Source: Flaccisagitta enflata (Eukaryota). Taken from it: 64,000 nt of DNA. Of the stretch, positions 14,701 to 26,195 are shown in pieces (position 1 is the first letter of the stretch; the number at the start of each line of letters is the position of its first letter). The position numbers and the translations under genes are program-made. The notes under the pieces were generated by a model. The model was not told the origin of the DNA, did no database searches, and saw nothing but the letters and a program-made list of their open reading frames with translations. The DNA is taken from NCBI GenBank assembly GCA_965153355.1, contig OZ231126.1, forward strand, positions 14,012,001-14,076,000. Direction: 5' to 3'.

Positions 14701-17700
14701 ATTTAAACCAGCTAACTTAAACCAGCCAACTTAAACCAGCCAACTTAAACCAGCCGACTTAAACCAGCAGACTTAAACAGCAGACTTAAACAGCAGACCT
14801 AAATCAGCCAACTTAAACCAGCTGACCAAAACCAGCAGCACAAAACCAGCAGACTTAAACCAGCAGACTTAAACCAGCGGACTTAAACCAGCAGACTTAA
14901 ACCAGCAGACTTAAACCAGCAGACCTAAACCAGCTGACTTAAACCAGCAGACTTAAACCAGCAGACTGAAACCAGCAGACTGAAACCAGCAGACCGAAAC
15001 TAGCAGACTGAAACCAGCAGACTTGAAATGACATGTATGACCAAAACATACCAAAAAACATAAATGACCAAAACATACCAAAAAACATAAATGACCAAAA
15101 AAAAAAAAAAAAAGAAAAAAAAAACAAGAAAAAAAGAAAAACCAAAAAACCAAAAAACCAAAAAACCAAAAAACCAACCAAAAAAACCAAAAAACCAAAA
15201 AACCAAAAAAACCAAAAACTAAAAGACCAAAAAAACATAAAAGACCAAAACATACCAAAACATGCCAAAAAACCATGTTAAATGACCAAAAATGACCGGA
15301 AATGTTCCAAAATGACTTAAAATGACTTAAAACTATCTTAAATGCCCACAAACGACTTAAATGAACAAAGTGACGAAAATGATCAATAATGACCAAAAAT
15401 GACCAAAAGCAACAAAAAATGACCAAAAACAACAAAAAAATGACTCAAAATGACTCCAAACAACCCAAATTGACCAAAAACGACGCAAAAAAGCAAAGTG
15501 TTACTAAAAACTACAAAAGCCGAAAAATAACTTAGACTGACTTAGAATGACTTAGAATGACTTAGAATGACTTGTAATGACTTAGAATGACTTAAAATAA
15601 CTTAGAATGACTAAGAATGACTTTAAATGACTTATAATAACATAAAATGACAAAAATGACAAAAAATGACAGAAAATGACAAAAAATGACAAAATGACTT
15701 AAGTGACTAATATTAACTGAAAATGACTGGAAATGACTTAAAATGACTTAAAATGACATAAAATACCCCAAAAATGACGTAAAAACACGAAAAAAAGCAA
15801 AGTGTTACAGACGGACCGACCAACCGACGGACCGACCAATGGACCGACAGAGTGGGTTATAGAGTCGCGTGCACGTGACTTAAAAAAATCATTCATGCAT
15901 AAAAAACCCTCATTCAAAGAGGACACATTATTGACCTACTTGGCCTTGTTCATTAAGGAATAAACAAATGAAAACAAAACTGATGAACTGATGAACCTAT
16001 GAGTTAGTGAATGAAGGATTAATCTAGGCAACCAATGTGGGAAGTTTAAAGCATACAATCTCTCTGAAGTCAAATTTTCTTTTTTGATATTTTATAGGGG
16101 GCCCTAATAGAGCAAAATATACAACTTTGTATATTTGTTGAAGAAAAATCTTTTGTTTTTTCATCAATTGATAATAATTATGATACAGGTGTTACACTCG
16201 AGAAAGCATCGTATTCCTGAGATCAGCTCCGCACTTTACTTCAAACTTTTCCATCCGGGTTTCTGAAATTATGGCGCTTTTTAGATTTGGTTATGTCCTA
16301 TAAAATTTACTTACGGTACTTACCCTACTAATTTCATTTGAGCCCCCCCCAATTAGCCAGATAAGTTCCTCAACTTCCTCGTAAGAAAATGAAAACCAAG
16401 TTTCTCTGGAATATGTCAAAAAGTTATAGACTCATTTTGACTTTTCCCCGATTTGATTTTTTGTGGATGCGCTATCATTTCACGAAACCCTACTATTGAG
16501 ACCGTCTCCTCGGTTACATTAATCCTGAACCCACCCGCATCTTGGAATGGATTCTTGTCTCAGCTTTTTTCGCAACAATTCTAAGATGGATGCTCATCAT
16601 CCCCATGATGAATTTCAGCAGCGTAAGCGTATGACCAGATGAGTAGTATGGTATTTGGGCAGCGGCACCAAAGGGCCAATGTCCTGAAACAGGGAAATAT
16701 TTCCAGACATCCATCCATTGGCCTGTAAATACTACCTAGGAAATAAATGTAGAACCAACTGAGGAATTGTTTGATTTCTTATCCTTACATCACATGAAAT
16801 ATTCTACTGATAGTATTAGTATTTCGCATAACCTTTTTCTTTACTAACTTATCCAGTTTTACCTGTGGGAGGCAATTTGTAAACTATTTTTTTCATAAAA
16901 TCATGCCGTTGTTCCACTGTTTTTGTTAGACTCTCATAGACTAATTATTTCAAAGACATGTTTGTTTTGTTTTTTTTTGCTTGTCATTTCTAATCGGCTA
17001 AAGCTATAGTAGCCAGATAGCGCTCATCTTGTAGATTTTTTGACATAGATTAATTTGCTTTTTTAAAAAAACTCTCTAGTCTATCCAGAAGCCGAGATAA
17101 TCTAAATTAAAGTTGTCTCTAATTTACATTCAATCTTACCTCATCAATTATTTCGCAAATTTTGAAATGAATGTTTTCACTCTCTTGCTTGTCATTTTTA
17201 AACAAAAAAAGCTTCAGGTACCAGATTGAGTTCATTTTGTAGATTTTTTGATGTAGATTAATTTGATCTTTTTATAAAGTTATCTCGCGTTTTGTAAAGC
17301 TGAGATATCTTATGTAGATGTTGGTTCTATATTTTTTTCCAAGGTAGTACATCCTCCCTGAGACCTCCTTGGCCCTAGTCTAGTATTTTCAGACCCTGAA
17401 TCAGCCCTCTCAAGCCCAAAATCAGCCCTCTTTGACTTGTATTCACCCCTCTCGGACCTCTAATTTTCTCTAAGAAGCCTCAAATTTGCTTATTCAAGCC
17501 TAAATTCTTACCTTTCAGACAGTTCAGCGGCGTAGGAGAAGGGACTTCCGGGACTCTATGGAATTGGAATTCCCTGTTGTCGGGACACTAAAGTTGTCGG
17601 GACACTAAATAAACCAAAAGAAACAAAGGGAAGAAGGAAAAAAAGAGGGGAAAGGAAGGAAAACAGGAAAAAAAAAAGAATAAAAGAAGGAAAGGAAAAG

Positions 17701-19352
17701 AAAGAAAAGAAAAATTCACTGTTTATTTGCTAAAAAATTGCAGAAATCGCAAATTTTTATGATTATAAGGTAAGTGTTACAAGTTGTTTTCAATTGTGCG
17801 ACTAAATTTGTCGGACACCTATTGGGAGTGGAAGTCCTAAAAATCTTTACTCTCCTACGCCGCCGAGAGTCTCAGTCCTAAATCTAGCCATTAAATTGCT
17901 TTCTTAGGCCTTGAATCTACCCTCATCCCTTACCTAATATTAGCTCTTTTATGAGCCCCAAACAACCATTTCAGCCCTCTGATGTGCCTTCTCAAGATAT
18001 CTCAAAATTCACTCCTGTTACTCACTGAACATTGGCGGCCCTGCTCTCTCTCCACAATTTTAGAGTATGGGCAGGAATCACAATGAAAATTTCTCAAAAA
18101 AAAAAAAAGAAAAAAAAAAGAAAAGACACCAACCCCAATTTTTTGCACAGAGGTCTTAAAAAAGGTGTAGAATAAAAATATGATATTTATTTTGGTCAAA
18201 TATTGGCCAAGAAAATTAGAAACTTTTTTTGTGCTCAAAAGTGCCATTTTTGCTCTTAAAACCATATTACTTTGGATATTTTCATGATTTTTTTTGCAGA
18301 TTTGTTTAGACCTAATTCAAATTAGTATTGTAGGGAACTTTGGAGATTCTGGGATATGCCTAAGAGACCTAGAAATGGCTTTGAAAAGCCAAACATGACA
18401 AAATAAGGCAAATTTGTAAAATTCTAACAAATCAAGCATTGAAAACTGTGTTTTAAGGTAATATAGTTCACAGGGAAAATTTGTTTTGATTTCTTTAAAG
18501 ATTTACAAGAGATAGAAGCCAAAAACGCAAAACCGCATTATGCAAATGAGTTTAAAGTTCAATTTTTCAAAAAAACAGACCAAGGCCTCTTTTACATGTT
18601 CCAAAATCTCCATGATACACTAAAATATCAATTTTTACCAGAACTATACAATTGTGCAAATACAATTTTAAAAAACATACAGAGAAACACTATTAAGCAA
18701 AAATAGCATTTTGGCTATTAGAATTAGAAACAGTTTTTTGTGCTTGAAACTAATATTTTTAGTCGCGTGCACGCTACTCTACACCCCGCTTTGTCCGTCC
18801 GTCCGTCAGTTGGTTGGTTGGTCGGTTGGTCATACTTTACTTTTTTTATCAATTTTATTTCTTTAGGTCATTTTAGGTCATATAAGAGTCATTCTAAGTC
18901 ATTCTAAGTCACTCTAAATGTAAGTCTCGCACGCGACTTATAGGTGTTGGCCTTGTTTCTCTTAAAACAATATGTACTTATATATTTTCATTATTTTTTT
19001 ATAGAATTTTGTAGCACTAGTTAATATTAATAATCTGGTGAACTCACAATATTCTAGGATGCGTGTAAGAGGCCAATTACTTTAAAATGCTAAAAACTAC
19101 AGGAATAAACCCATTTTTTACCATTCTGATAAAAAAAACACTAGAAACTGTGTCTTAGAGTAAAATATATGTCAGGTGTAAGTTTCATTGATCTACTAAA
19201 CAGGGGTTCATATTCTAGAGGCACGAGGCACGCCGTGCTTTGGAAGAGGAGGAGGCTTATCGGAAGGAAAGGAAGGAGAGGAAAAGGAAAGGGGAAAAGG
19301 AAAAGGAAGAAAGGAATGGGAAAAAGAAAAAGAAAAAAGAAAAAAAAAGGGG

Positions 19353-19449
<97 letters not shown>

Positions 19450-22380
19450 GAGACAGACGACAGACAAACAGACAGAGAAAGAGAGGTCAAACATTTTGAT
19501 TTTGTGAATATCACTTCAGCGGCAAGGGTCTGTTTATTCTTTTTTAGTACCTGTAAAGCAAACAAAGGTACAGTTGAGCTTCGCTAGAGCGCATTTCAAG
19601 GGACTGTGCCTTATAATGAAGCTGCCTTATTTCCAATATAGATTAAACTACACAATCCTTCATGGGACAGTAAGTTGTGTGTCTTATAGGCGGGCATACC
19701 TTATTGGCGGGTGCCCTCTAGTGAACCTCCACTGTATTTTGCTTTCCATTTTCTGTTTCTTTTCTTTCATTTTGATTGCTACGAGATAGGGAACAAAATC
19801 AATAAACCAATGTCGCGCTTATCCGCACTTTCAGATGAAAGTCAGGCAGACAGGCAGACAGACAGACAAACACAGACTTTTGGCAAAACCTCTGAATAGC
19901 CGTTTACCCCTCCAAGATTCTTTTCCAATGATCAAAATGCCTTAAATACAACTTTGTGGTGGATGGAGGGGTCAACATATGAACGGATGGACCAATCAAC
20001 CAAAAATTGGCTTATAGCATTGCTTTGAATGTGACTAAAAATTAAGTAGTTTGTCGGAAACTTTATGAGAAAAAACTGTGTGCCTCGGAAGATTTTCAAA
20101 ATATGAACACCTGCTATTAAATGAAATGCGCAATTTTTTATCAAAAATAGCTAAACTGCAATATGCAAATGAGATCAAAGTGCAAATTTTCAAAAACGAA
20201 TTGAATCAATATAGTACTAATGATAAAAATTTATGTATTTCAGTAAAAACTAACAAAAAAATATTGAAAAATTCATGTTTTCGTTAGCAAAAAATTCAAT
20301 TTTTTGTACAAACAAGGCCAGATACACGGCTACCAAAGTCGCGTGCGGGTGGGCAGGGGCCATATTTGAGGTCACCAGACCATTTGGGCAGGAGCAGGGA
20401 GGTCAAAGTAATAAAATCATAAAAAAAAAAAGTGTTATCGACCGACCAACCGACGGACAAAGCAGGTTGTAGAGTCGCGTGCACACGACTTAAACTGTTT
20501 CTAATTTTATTGGCCAATATTTGACCATAATAAAGATCATATTCTTTTTAGGTCCCCTGTGTGGGGTGGTGTCTATTTTCTTTTCTAAACCCTTAGAATT
20601 GAGATTTTTCAAGTCTGGATATCTGCCCGAATAGTTTAGTCTACCATTTCAAGCAGGGCATGGGGTATCCCTGACCTGTGACTATGAGCGATCCTTGGAT
20701 GACTTGTAGTCTTGTTAGATCTAACTGGTTCAAAATGGCAGCTTTATTTCCTAACAAAATTTTGTCCCAAAAAACAGAGTGTAAACTTTTTAGTCGCGTG
20801 CTACGTGACTCTACATCCCGCTTTGTCGGTCCATCGGTCCGTCACACTTTACTTTTTTTGTTTATTTGCGGTCTTTGGCCCCACTGCTCCTGCCCAAATG
20901 ATAGAGTGACCTCAAAAACAGCCCTTGCCCACCCGCACGCGACTGGGGTAGCCGTGTATCCGGCCTTGTTTAATTTAAGACCAGTTAAATTTTCCTGAGG
21001 CTGAGACGTCCTTGAATTTTATAGATTATAGGCAGAAATGTTCTTAGCTTGTTTTCAGTATTTTTTATTATTTCATTATGATAATGTTATGCAATAAGTA
21101 ATGACGGATATTTCATAAGGAATATTAATTAGATTAGATAAAAAATGATTGCGTTTGTTTGATTGAAGAACACAACTGATGAATAACAACAAATTGTAGC
21201 TAATTCATATTGATTGATTATTTTAACTAGGCCGGATACAGGGCTACCCTAGTCGTGTGCAGGTGGGCAGTAGCAGTGCTCAAGAAGGTCATTGGGGCAT
21301 TTTGGCAGGAGCAGTAAGCTTAAAAAACTCAAAAACGCCAAAAAAGTATAAAAGGGACCGACCGACCGACCAACCAACCAACTAACCAACCGACCAACCA
21401 ACAGATCGACATAGCGGCGTGTGGAGTCGCGTAGCACGCGACTAAAGATTAGAATCTTAAAAATCTTCAATCTTTTATCTTCGATCCTCAATCTTGTATT
21501 GAAAATATAATTTTTTCCCTATTTGGGGCTTGTCTCAGCCTCATGTCCTTATAAACTTTGTCCATATTCAGAAAAAAAAGTGCAAGACGATTCTCTTGCA
21601 ATGGTCACTATGCTTCCTATTTTCCATGGCTGCCTTAGAGCTACTCGATCGTAACGTCCTTCTTCAATGGCGCAGATTCAATCCGGGGCTTTATTCCATA
21701 GTCCCGGCACCAGGCATGTTTGCATATGTTACCAGGGTTGTACAGGGACAGACCGATCGACCTACACGGCAGAGTGTAGAGTCGCGTGTCCGCGACTAAA
21801 AACTGATCCACCGTGTTGTTGCCAACAAAAGCGAAATTCTATTTAAAGTTTTTGGTAATTTTGAAAGCAGTGAAGAGAAAAGGTCACACAAAGTCTTATT
21901 ATTTCACAAATAGCATCTTGGGTACTTTTGCCGACCTACATAAAGATACATTATGGTTGACAATATGACCAGCCCTACTGCTCCATTATAGGGTATATTG
22001 GGCATAATTTTGCCCAGTCCCAGGACATGCGCTCTAATGAATCTCAACTGTAATTGTGATCACGATGTACAAACGAACCTACCAACCAACAGACTGTCAA
22101 GGCCACTTGCACAGTTGCAAAACAAATAGCTAAAAAAAACCCTCAACCCTATCTGGCACCAGACTGTTGCACTCCGGCCAACGTGTTTCCACGGCGCCAA
22201 ATTCCTCACGTAGTCTCGGCATTGCAGGCGTTCAAATGCCGGCAAGGATTCGCCAAGGACCACGCTTTGGACGCCATCAAGTGGCGCCACGAAACTGGCG
22301 CTTTTCTCATCGAACCAAATCTTGTTGAACACATTGGATTCTACTCAACATTGAGATCACTGGGTGTCCTACGTGTCTAA
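1037..22380 (+). CDS. PGAP4: PGAP4/TMEM246-like GPI-anchor GalNAc transferase, 9 coding exons, ~519 aa
   Basis: join(1037-1126,1687-1823,9316-9368,9936-10037,10096-10721,16189-16258,16501-16622,21572-21713,22163-22380) = 1560 nt, phases consistent, no internal stop. It has an N-terminal TM anchor and PGAP4-type motifs FEKEKIDYIFCL, LLVEDDAYP, LYFKLFHPDRLLGYINPEPTRILEW, two internal TM helices, CCTPA, C..GFAKD and EPNLVEHIGFYSTLR. Confidence 0.9.
1687..1823 (+). CDS. PGAP4: PGAP4-like exon 2 (IITQNDVLKK...ITAENYR)
   Basis: TAG acceptor, GTTTGT donor, open frame, phases 0/2. Confidence 0.65.
1963..2982. mobile_element. Tc1/mariner-type MITE (TA TSD) with a nested MITE at 2219-2552
   Basis: TA|CAGTGGA...TCCACTG|TA; the nested element is related to 7061-7404. 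Confidence 0.75.
3210..3766. mobile_element. Fold-back MITE with long TIRs, TA TSD
   Basis: TA|CACCGTCTT...AAGACGGTG|TA; inverted arms longer than 100 bp. Confidence 0.85.
3817..4668. mobile_element. Mutator-like MITE with 9-bp TSD and a nested CAG...CTG element
   Basis: TCGGGTGT/ACACCCGA termini; TSD CCGGAGTGT on both sides; nested insert ~3845-4156. Confidence 0.85.
5566..7000 (+). mobile_element. Long HINE with internal (GGTCATTTT)n and 14-bp (GTTTAAGTCTGCTG)n satellites
   Basis: HINE head plus the CACGCGACTTATAGGTGTTGGCCTTGTT tail. Confidence 0.8.
7061..7404. mobile_element. MITE, TA TSD
   Basis: TA|CCGTATTTCCTG...CAGGAAATACGG|TA. Confidence 0.8.
7649..8423. mobile_element. Fold-back Tc1/mariner-type MITE
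   Basis: TA|CAGGGTGTTTCAAGTGAG...CTCACTTGAAACACCCTG|TA, long inverted arms. Confidence 0.88.
9316..9368 (+). CDS. PGAP4: PGAP4-like exon 3 (RLQWADQWKKKTQPELNQ)
   Basis: AAG acceptor, strong GTAAGT donor; phase 2 continues exon 2. Confidence 0.65.
9400..9910. mobile_element. Mutator-like MITE with 9-bp TSD, in PGAP4 intron 3
   Basis: TSD CTGTACAGT at 9391-9399 and 9911-9919; body closely resembles the 3817-4668 copy. Confidence 0.85.
9936..10037 (+). CDS. PGAP4: PGAP4-like exon 4 (QIIDIFYVCQ...HPRRTV)
   Basis: The only nearby AG that gives the required phase 1 is CAAG at 9932-9935; GTAATT donor. The 5' boundary is the least certain in the model. Confidence 0.55.
10096..10721 (+). CDS. PGAP4: PGAP4-like exon 5 (LDIIIITTPR...FEKEKIDYIFCL...VEDDAYP)
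   Basis: Lies within ORF 10083-10742; CAG acceptor, GTAATA donor; carries the EDD motif. Confidence 0.88.
10806..11497. mobile_element. Mutator-like MITE with 9-bp TSD and a nested HINE
   Basis: TSD ATGTGACAT on both sides; diverged copy of the same family. Confidence 0.8.
12295..12950 (+). repeat. Polypurine (GA/GGA-rich) low-complexity tract
   Basis: Almost pure A/G; a shorter homolog lies at 63640-63785. Confidence 0.9.
13088..15880 (-). mobile_element. Long satellite-bearing HINE (reverse orientation) with a nested MITE
   Basis: Reverse complement of the same head and tail; 11-bp and 14-bp arrays; TIR element CAGGGTG...CAGCCTG at 13937-14520 flanked by TTAA. Confidence 0.8.
16189..16258 (+). 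CDS. PGAP4: PGAP4-like exon 6 (VLHSRKHRIPEISSALYFKLFHP)
   Basis: Resembles the PGAP4 ALYLKLYHP motif; CAG acceptor, GTTTCT donor. Confidence 0.85.
16501..16622 (+). CDS. PGAP4: PGAP4-like exon 7 (DRLLGYINPEPTRILEW + TM)
   Basis: Resembles the PGAP4 YINPEPMRILEW motif; GAG acceptor, GTAAGC donor. Confidence 0.88.
17526..17864. mobile_element. MITE with GCGGCGTAGGAGA TIR
   Basis: GCGGCGTAGGAGA / TCTCCTACGCCGC. Confidence 0.6.
19570..19733. mobile_element. Small TA-flanked MITE
   Basis: TA|CAGTTGAGCTTCGCTAGAG...CTCTAGTGAACCTCCACTG|TA. Confidence 0.65.
21572..21713 (+). CDS. PGAP4: PGAP4-like exon 8 (TM + ELLDR..WRRFNPGLYSIVPAP)
   Basis: Lies within ORF 21530-21799; CAG acceptor, GC donor. 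Confidence 0.85.
22163..22380 (+). CDS. PGAP4: PGAP4-like exon 9 (DCCTPANVFP...EPNLVEHIGFYSTLRSLGVLRV*)
   Basis: Conserved C-terminal motifs; TAA stop at 22378-22380. Confidence 0.9.
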
Positions 22381-22815
22381 CAATACATCACTTTGGAGTC
22401 GGGTGTGTCAATATGCAAAAGTTCTTCTGATCAAACCATAGCACTAACCCAGCATGGGTATATGAATTTTTGGACCCTCACCTTTTTCTTTTTTTTTCTA
22501 ATTTCATTTATCTTCCGTTTTTGTTTTGCGAAAATCATTTCCAGCCATCATGCAAATTAGGGTAAGGGGCAACATTTCTGTTTGTTTATCTAGCGTTCTC
22601 TCCGTTTGTTTTTCTTTTAAGGATTATACAGTGGTCAACACTGGTAGTGGTACATTTCAGTTATGTTATGGGCCTCGCTATTCCTCTGTGATGCTACTGT
22701 TAACGACTACGAAGCAGGATCTTGACATTGTATTACCTCAACTTTCACGTGATCCGCATTCGCTCTGATTCACCATCCTTAAGGCAGAACAGATTGCAGC
22801 GAAAACATTTGAAGT

Positions 22816-22883
<68 letters not shown>

Positions 22884-22918
22884 GTATGGATGCACACACA
22901 CACACACACACACACTCA

Positions 22919-23031
<113 letters not shown>

Positions 23032-23716
23032 TCAATCAGTTCGTTTGTTCGTTCATTCGTTCGTTTGTTCGTTCGTTCTGTTATTCTAATCCCAAATAAG
23101 GCCTCTCAAACTCAAAATCAGACCTCTCAGACCCTCAGACCCTAAATGAGGCCTCTCAGACCGCAAATCAGGTCTCTTAGACCCCAAATTAGGCCTCTCA
23201 GACACCAAATTAGGTCTCTCAGAGCCCAAATCAGGTCTCTCCGGCCCAAAATCAGGTCTCTCCGGCCCAAAATCAGGCCTCTCAAGCCCAAAATCAGGCC
23301 TCTCAGGCCCTAAATCAGGCCTCTTAGACCCCAAATCAAGGCTCTAAGACCCTAGATCAGGCCTGTATTTTTCTAAGTCCTCGACGCTCCAATCATTCCT
23401 CTCTGGCCTTAGAGTTAAACCAGGCTGCTTGGACCTCAATTCAGGCCGTCATTACCCTACATGTCATCTCATAGACCCCACGAGCAAAAATCTTAACCTA
23501 AAACCCAAAATCTAGTTTACAACCCCACCTTGTTCTCTCAGGCCAAAATCTATGTATTTTAAACCCCTAATCACACTCAAAATTGCCCTGTGTGGAATCA
23601 TGGGTCATCGGCCCCTCCGGGGCCGCTGCCCCATCACCTCAACACTACAATAGTGACCATCTAACGCTTTTGCGACTATTATATTTTACTCAAGACATGC
23701 ACGCACGCACGCGCGT

Positions 23717-23777
<61 letters not shown>

Positions 23778-23779
23778 TG

Positions 23780-23814
<35 letters not shown>

Positions 23815-23818
23815 TGGC

Positions 23819-24283
23819 TACGCTGAGGAGAATACACTTTTTTTCATGCAGGGACCCAGAGGAGGGCTCAGATTTTTTTATTTTGATGTAACTAATGTAT
23901 TCAAAAAATTTTAGGATCATAGCCATTCTTAAACCTTCATCATATTGCACCTGAAAAATGGTTCATCCTTAATTTTGGCCCCCTTATGGCTTATCCTTAA
24001 AGGGGCCAAAATTTCCAAATCATTTTTCCTCAAATCTGATGCCAGATTCAGATTCCTTGTAAAAAATTTTGTCACATAATATATTTTCTTTTTTCAAAAT
24101 TGTGTTTTTAAGCTGAAAGAATGCAAAAAACCTCCAAAAATAAAGGTTTTTTGCATTTTTTCAGCTTAAAAACAAAATTAAAAAAATAGAAAATATAGTA
24201 TCGGACATATTTTTTTACAAGGAATCTGAATCTGGCCCTCCTCTGGGTCACTGCATGAAAAAAATTGTATTCTACTCAGCGTA
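23819..24283. mobile_element. MITE with 8-bp TSD (hAT-like)
   Basis: TSD CTGCTGGC; TIR TACGCTGAG/CTCAGCGTA. Confidence 0.85.
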
Positions 24284-24463
24284 CTGCTGGCGGGCAAGGG
24301 CTGTGTTTAAAGTTACTATCGCATTTGGGCAGGAGCAGGAGCAAAAGACCCAAAAATGCTGAAAAGTTATTTACGAACAGATGGGAGGACAGAGCGGGGT
24401 ATCGAGTCGCGAGCATGTGACAAAATCAAGCTCCTAAATAATTCTCTCTCTATGACACAAATT

Positions 24464-25430
24464 TTTTAGTCGCGGACACGCGACTCTACACCTTGTTGTG
24501 TCGGTCGGTCGGTAGGTCGGTCGGTAGATCCATCCGTCCGTCACATTTTTAGGTGCGACAAAGCACCTCTATAACTGGCTCTGTCCGTCGGTCGGTTGGT
24601 CGGTCGGTCTGTAACGCATTCGTTCGACGATCAACACGTCGCACCTTATTGGCCTATTTGGCCTTGTTGAATTCCGAGCGATTTCTGCATTATTGCTCCG
24701 GCTACGTTTCTCAACTTCGAAATTAACGCGTTACTACTCGACTCATAAAAAAAGCCGCACTTTTGAATGGCAAATTGTCATACTGAATTTTAAAATAACT
24801 AATTAATATCTTCACACCTTTCGACTTGTGCTCACCAACGGACCGACCGACCGACGGACGGACAGACAAAGGCTCTAATAGAGTTGCGTGTCCGCAACTA
24901 AAAACCGCCTGTATATGGCAACAAGGCCGGATACAAGGCAATCCAGTCGCGGACGGTTGGATAGGAGCAGTAATGCGGAAACAGCTCGGAATTCAACAAG
25001 GCCGGATACACGGCCAATACCAGTCGCGGACGGGTGGGCAGGGGCGGAAATGCGTGCTTTCCCACTTTTTGACTCGAGCGTGACGGACCAACCAACGGAC
25101 GGACGGACAAAGCCTCTTATACAGTCGCTAGTCAGCGACTAAAAATGTGACGGACGGATGGACCGACATACCGACCTACCGACCGACCGACACGGCAAGG
25201 TGTAATGTCGCGTGTTCGCGACTAAAAAGGCTCAGCGGGATGAACCAACCGATTAACTGACCAACTGATGGACATAGCCCGTTATAGAATCGCGTTCACC
25301 CAACTAGAAACAAGTTCGTATACCCCCCCCCCCCCGTCGCAGACGGGTGGGCAGGAGCGTAAATAAAAAATGTGACCGACAGACCAACCGACCAACATGG
25401 CAAGTTCTAGACTCGCGTATCCGCGACTGG
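24464..25430. mobile_element. Cluster of nested/stacked HINEs in both orientations
   Basis: Several AGTCGCG heads and AACAAGGCCGGATAC tails inserted within one another. Confidence 0.7.
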
Positions 25431-25579
25431 CAAGGCTAACAGGACTGACATGGCTAATAAGAAGTGGCTTTCAAATAAGCAGGTGGATTTCTTAGAGACT
25501 GTGATGTCAGAAATAGATAAACAATATGTCACTTGTTTTCTGATTAGAACAACTCGAAATAAGAACACATTTCGGCCAT

Positions 25580-26195
25580 CACTGCTGTCTCACACAAGGT
25601 TTGAGACAAGAATGATATAACTATGCGGTTTTTTGCATTTTTGCATAGTTCATGAGCATAGAAACTAAGAACCATCAAGTAGAAAATCTTTCCTGAGGCG
25701 CTTTTTGAAGTAAATGAAAAATACAATATTTTTAGCTTTTTTTTTAATGAAAAAATTTTCAGGTCAGTTTAACCTCTTTTTTGACAGCATAATGTTAATC
25801 CTGATAAATTTCTGATTCATTTGATAGGTCGCACTATATGGTTTTCATTAGAAAAAAAAATTTCATTTTCAAAGCCACCGTTACAAAATTTGAACGGTGG
25901 CCTAGAATATGAAAAATTTATTTCTTATGAAAACCATATAGTGCGACCTATCAAATGAATCAGAATTTTATCAGGATTAACAATATGCTGTCAAAAAATA
26001 AGTTAAACCAACCTGAAAAATTTTTCATGAAAAATAAAGCTAAAAATATTGAATTTTTCATTTATTTCAAAAAGTGCCTCTGTAAAGATTTTCTACTTGA
26101 TGGTTCTTGGTTTGTTTGCCCATGACCTATGCAAAAATGCAAAAAACCGCATAGTTATGTCATTCTTGTCTCAAACTTTGTGTGAGAAAGCAGTG
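25580..26195. mobile_element. Palindromic MITE, CACTA/CMC-like
   Basis: CAT|CACTGC...GCAGTG|CAT, 3-bp TSD; arms of about 300 bp. Confidence 0.85.
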
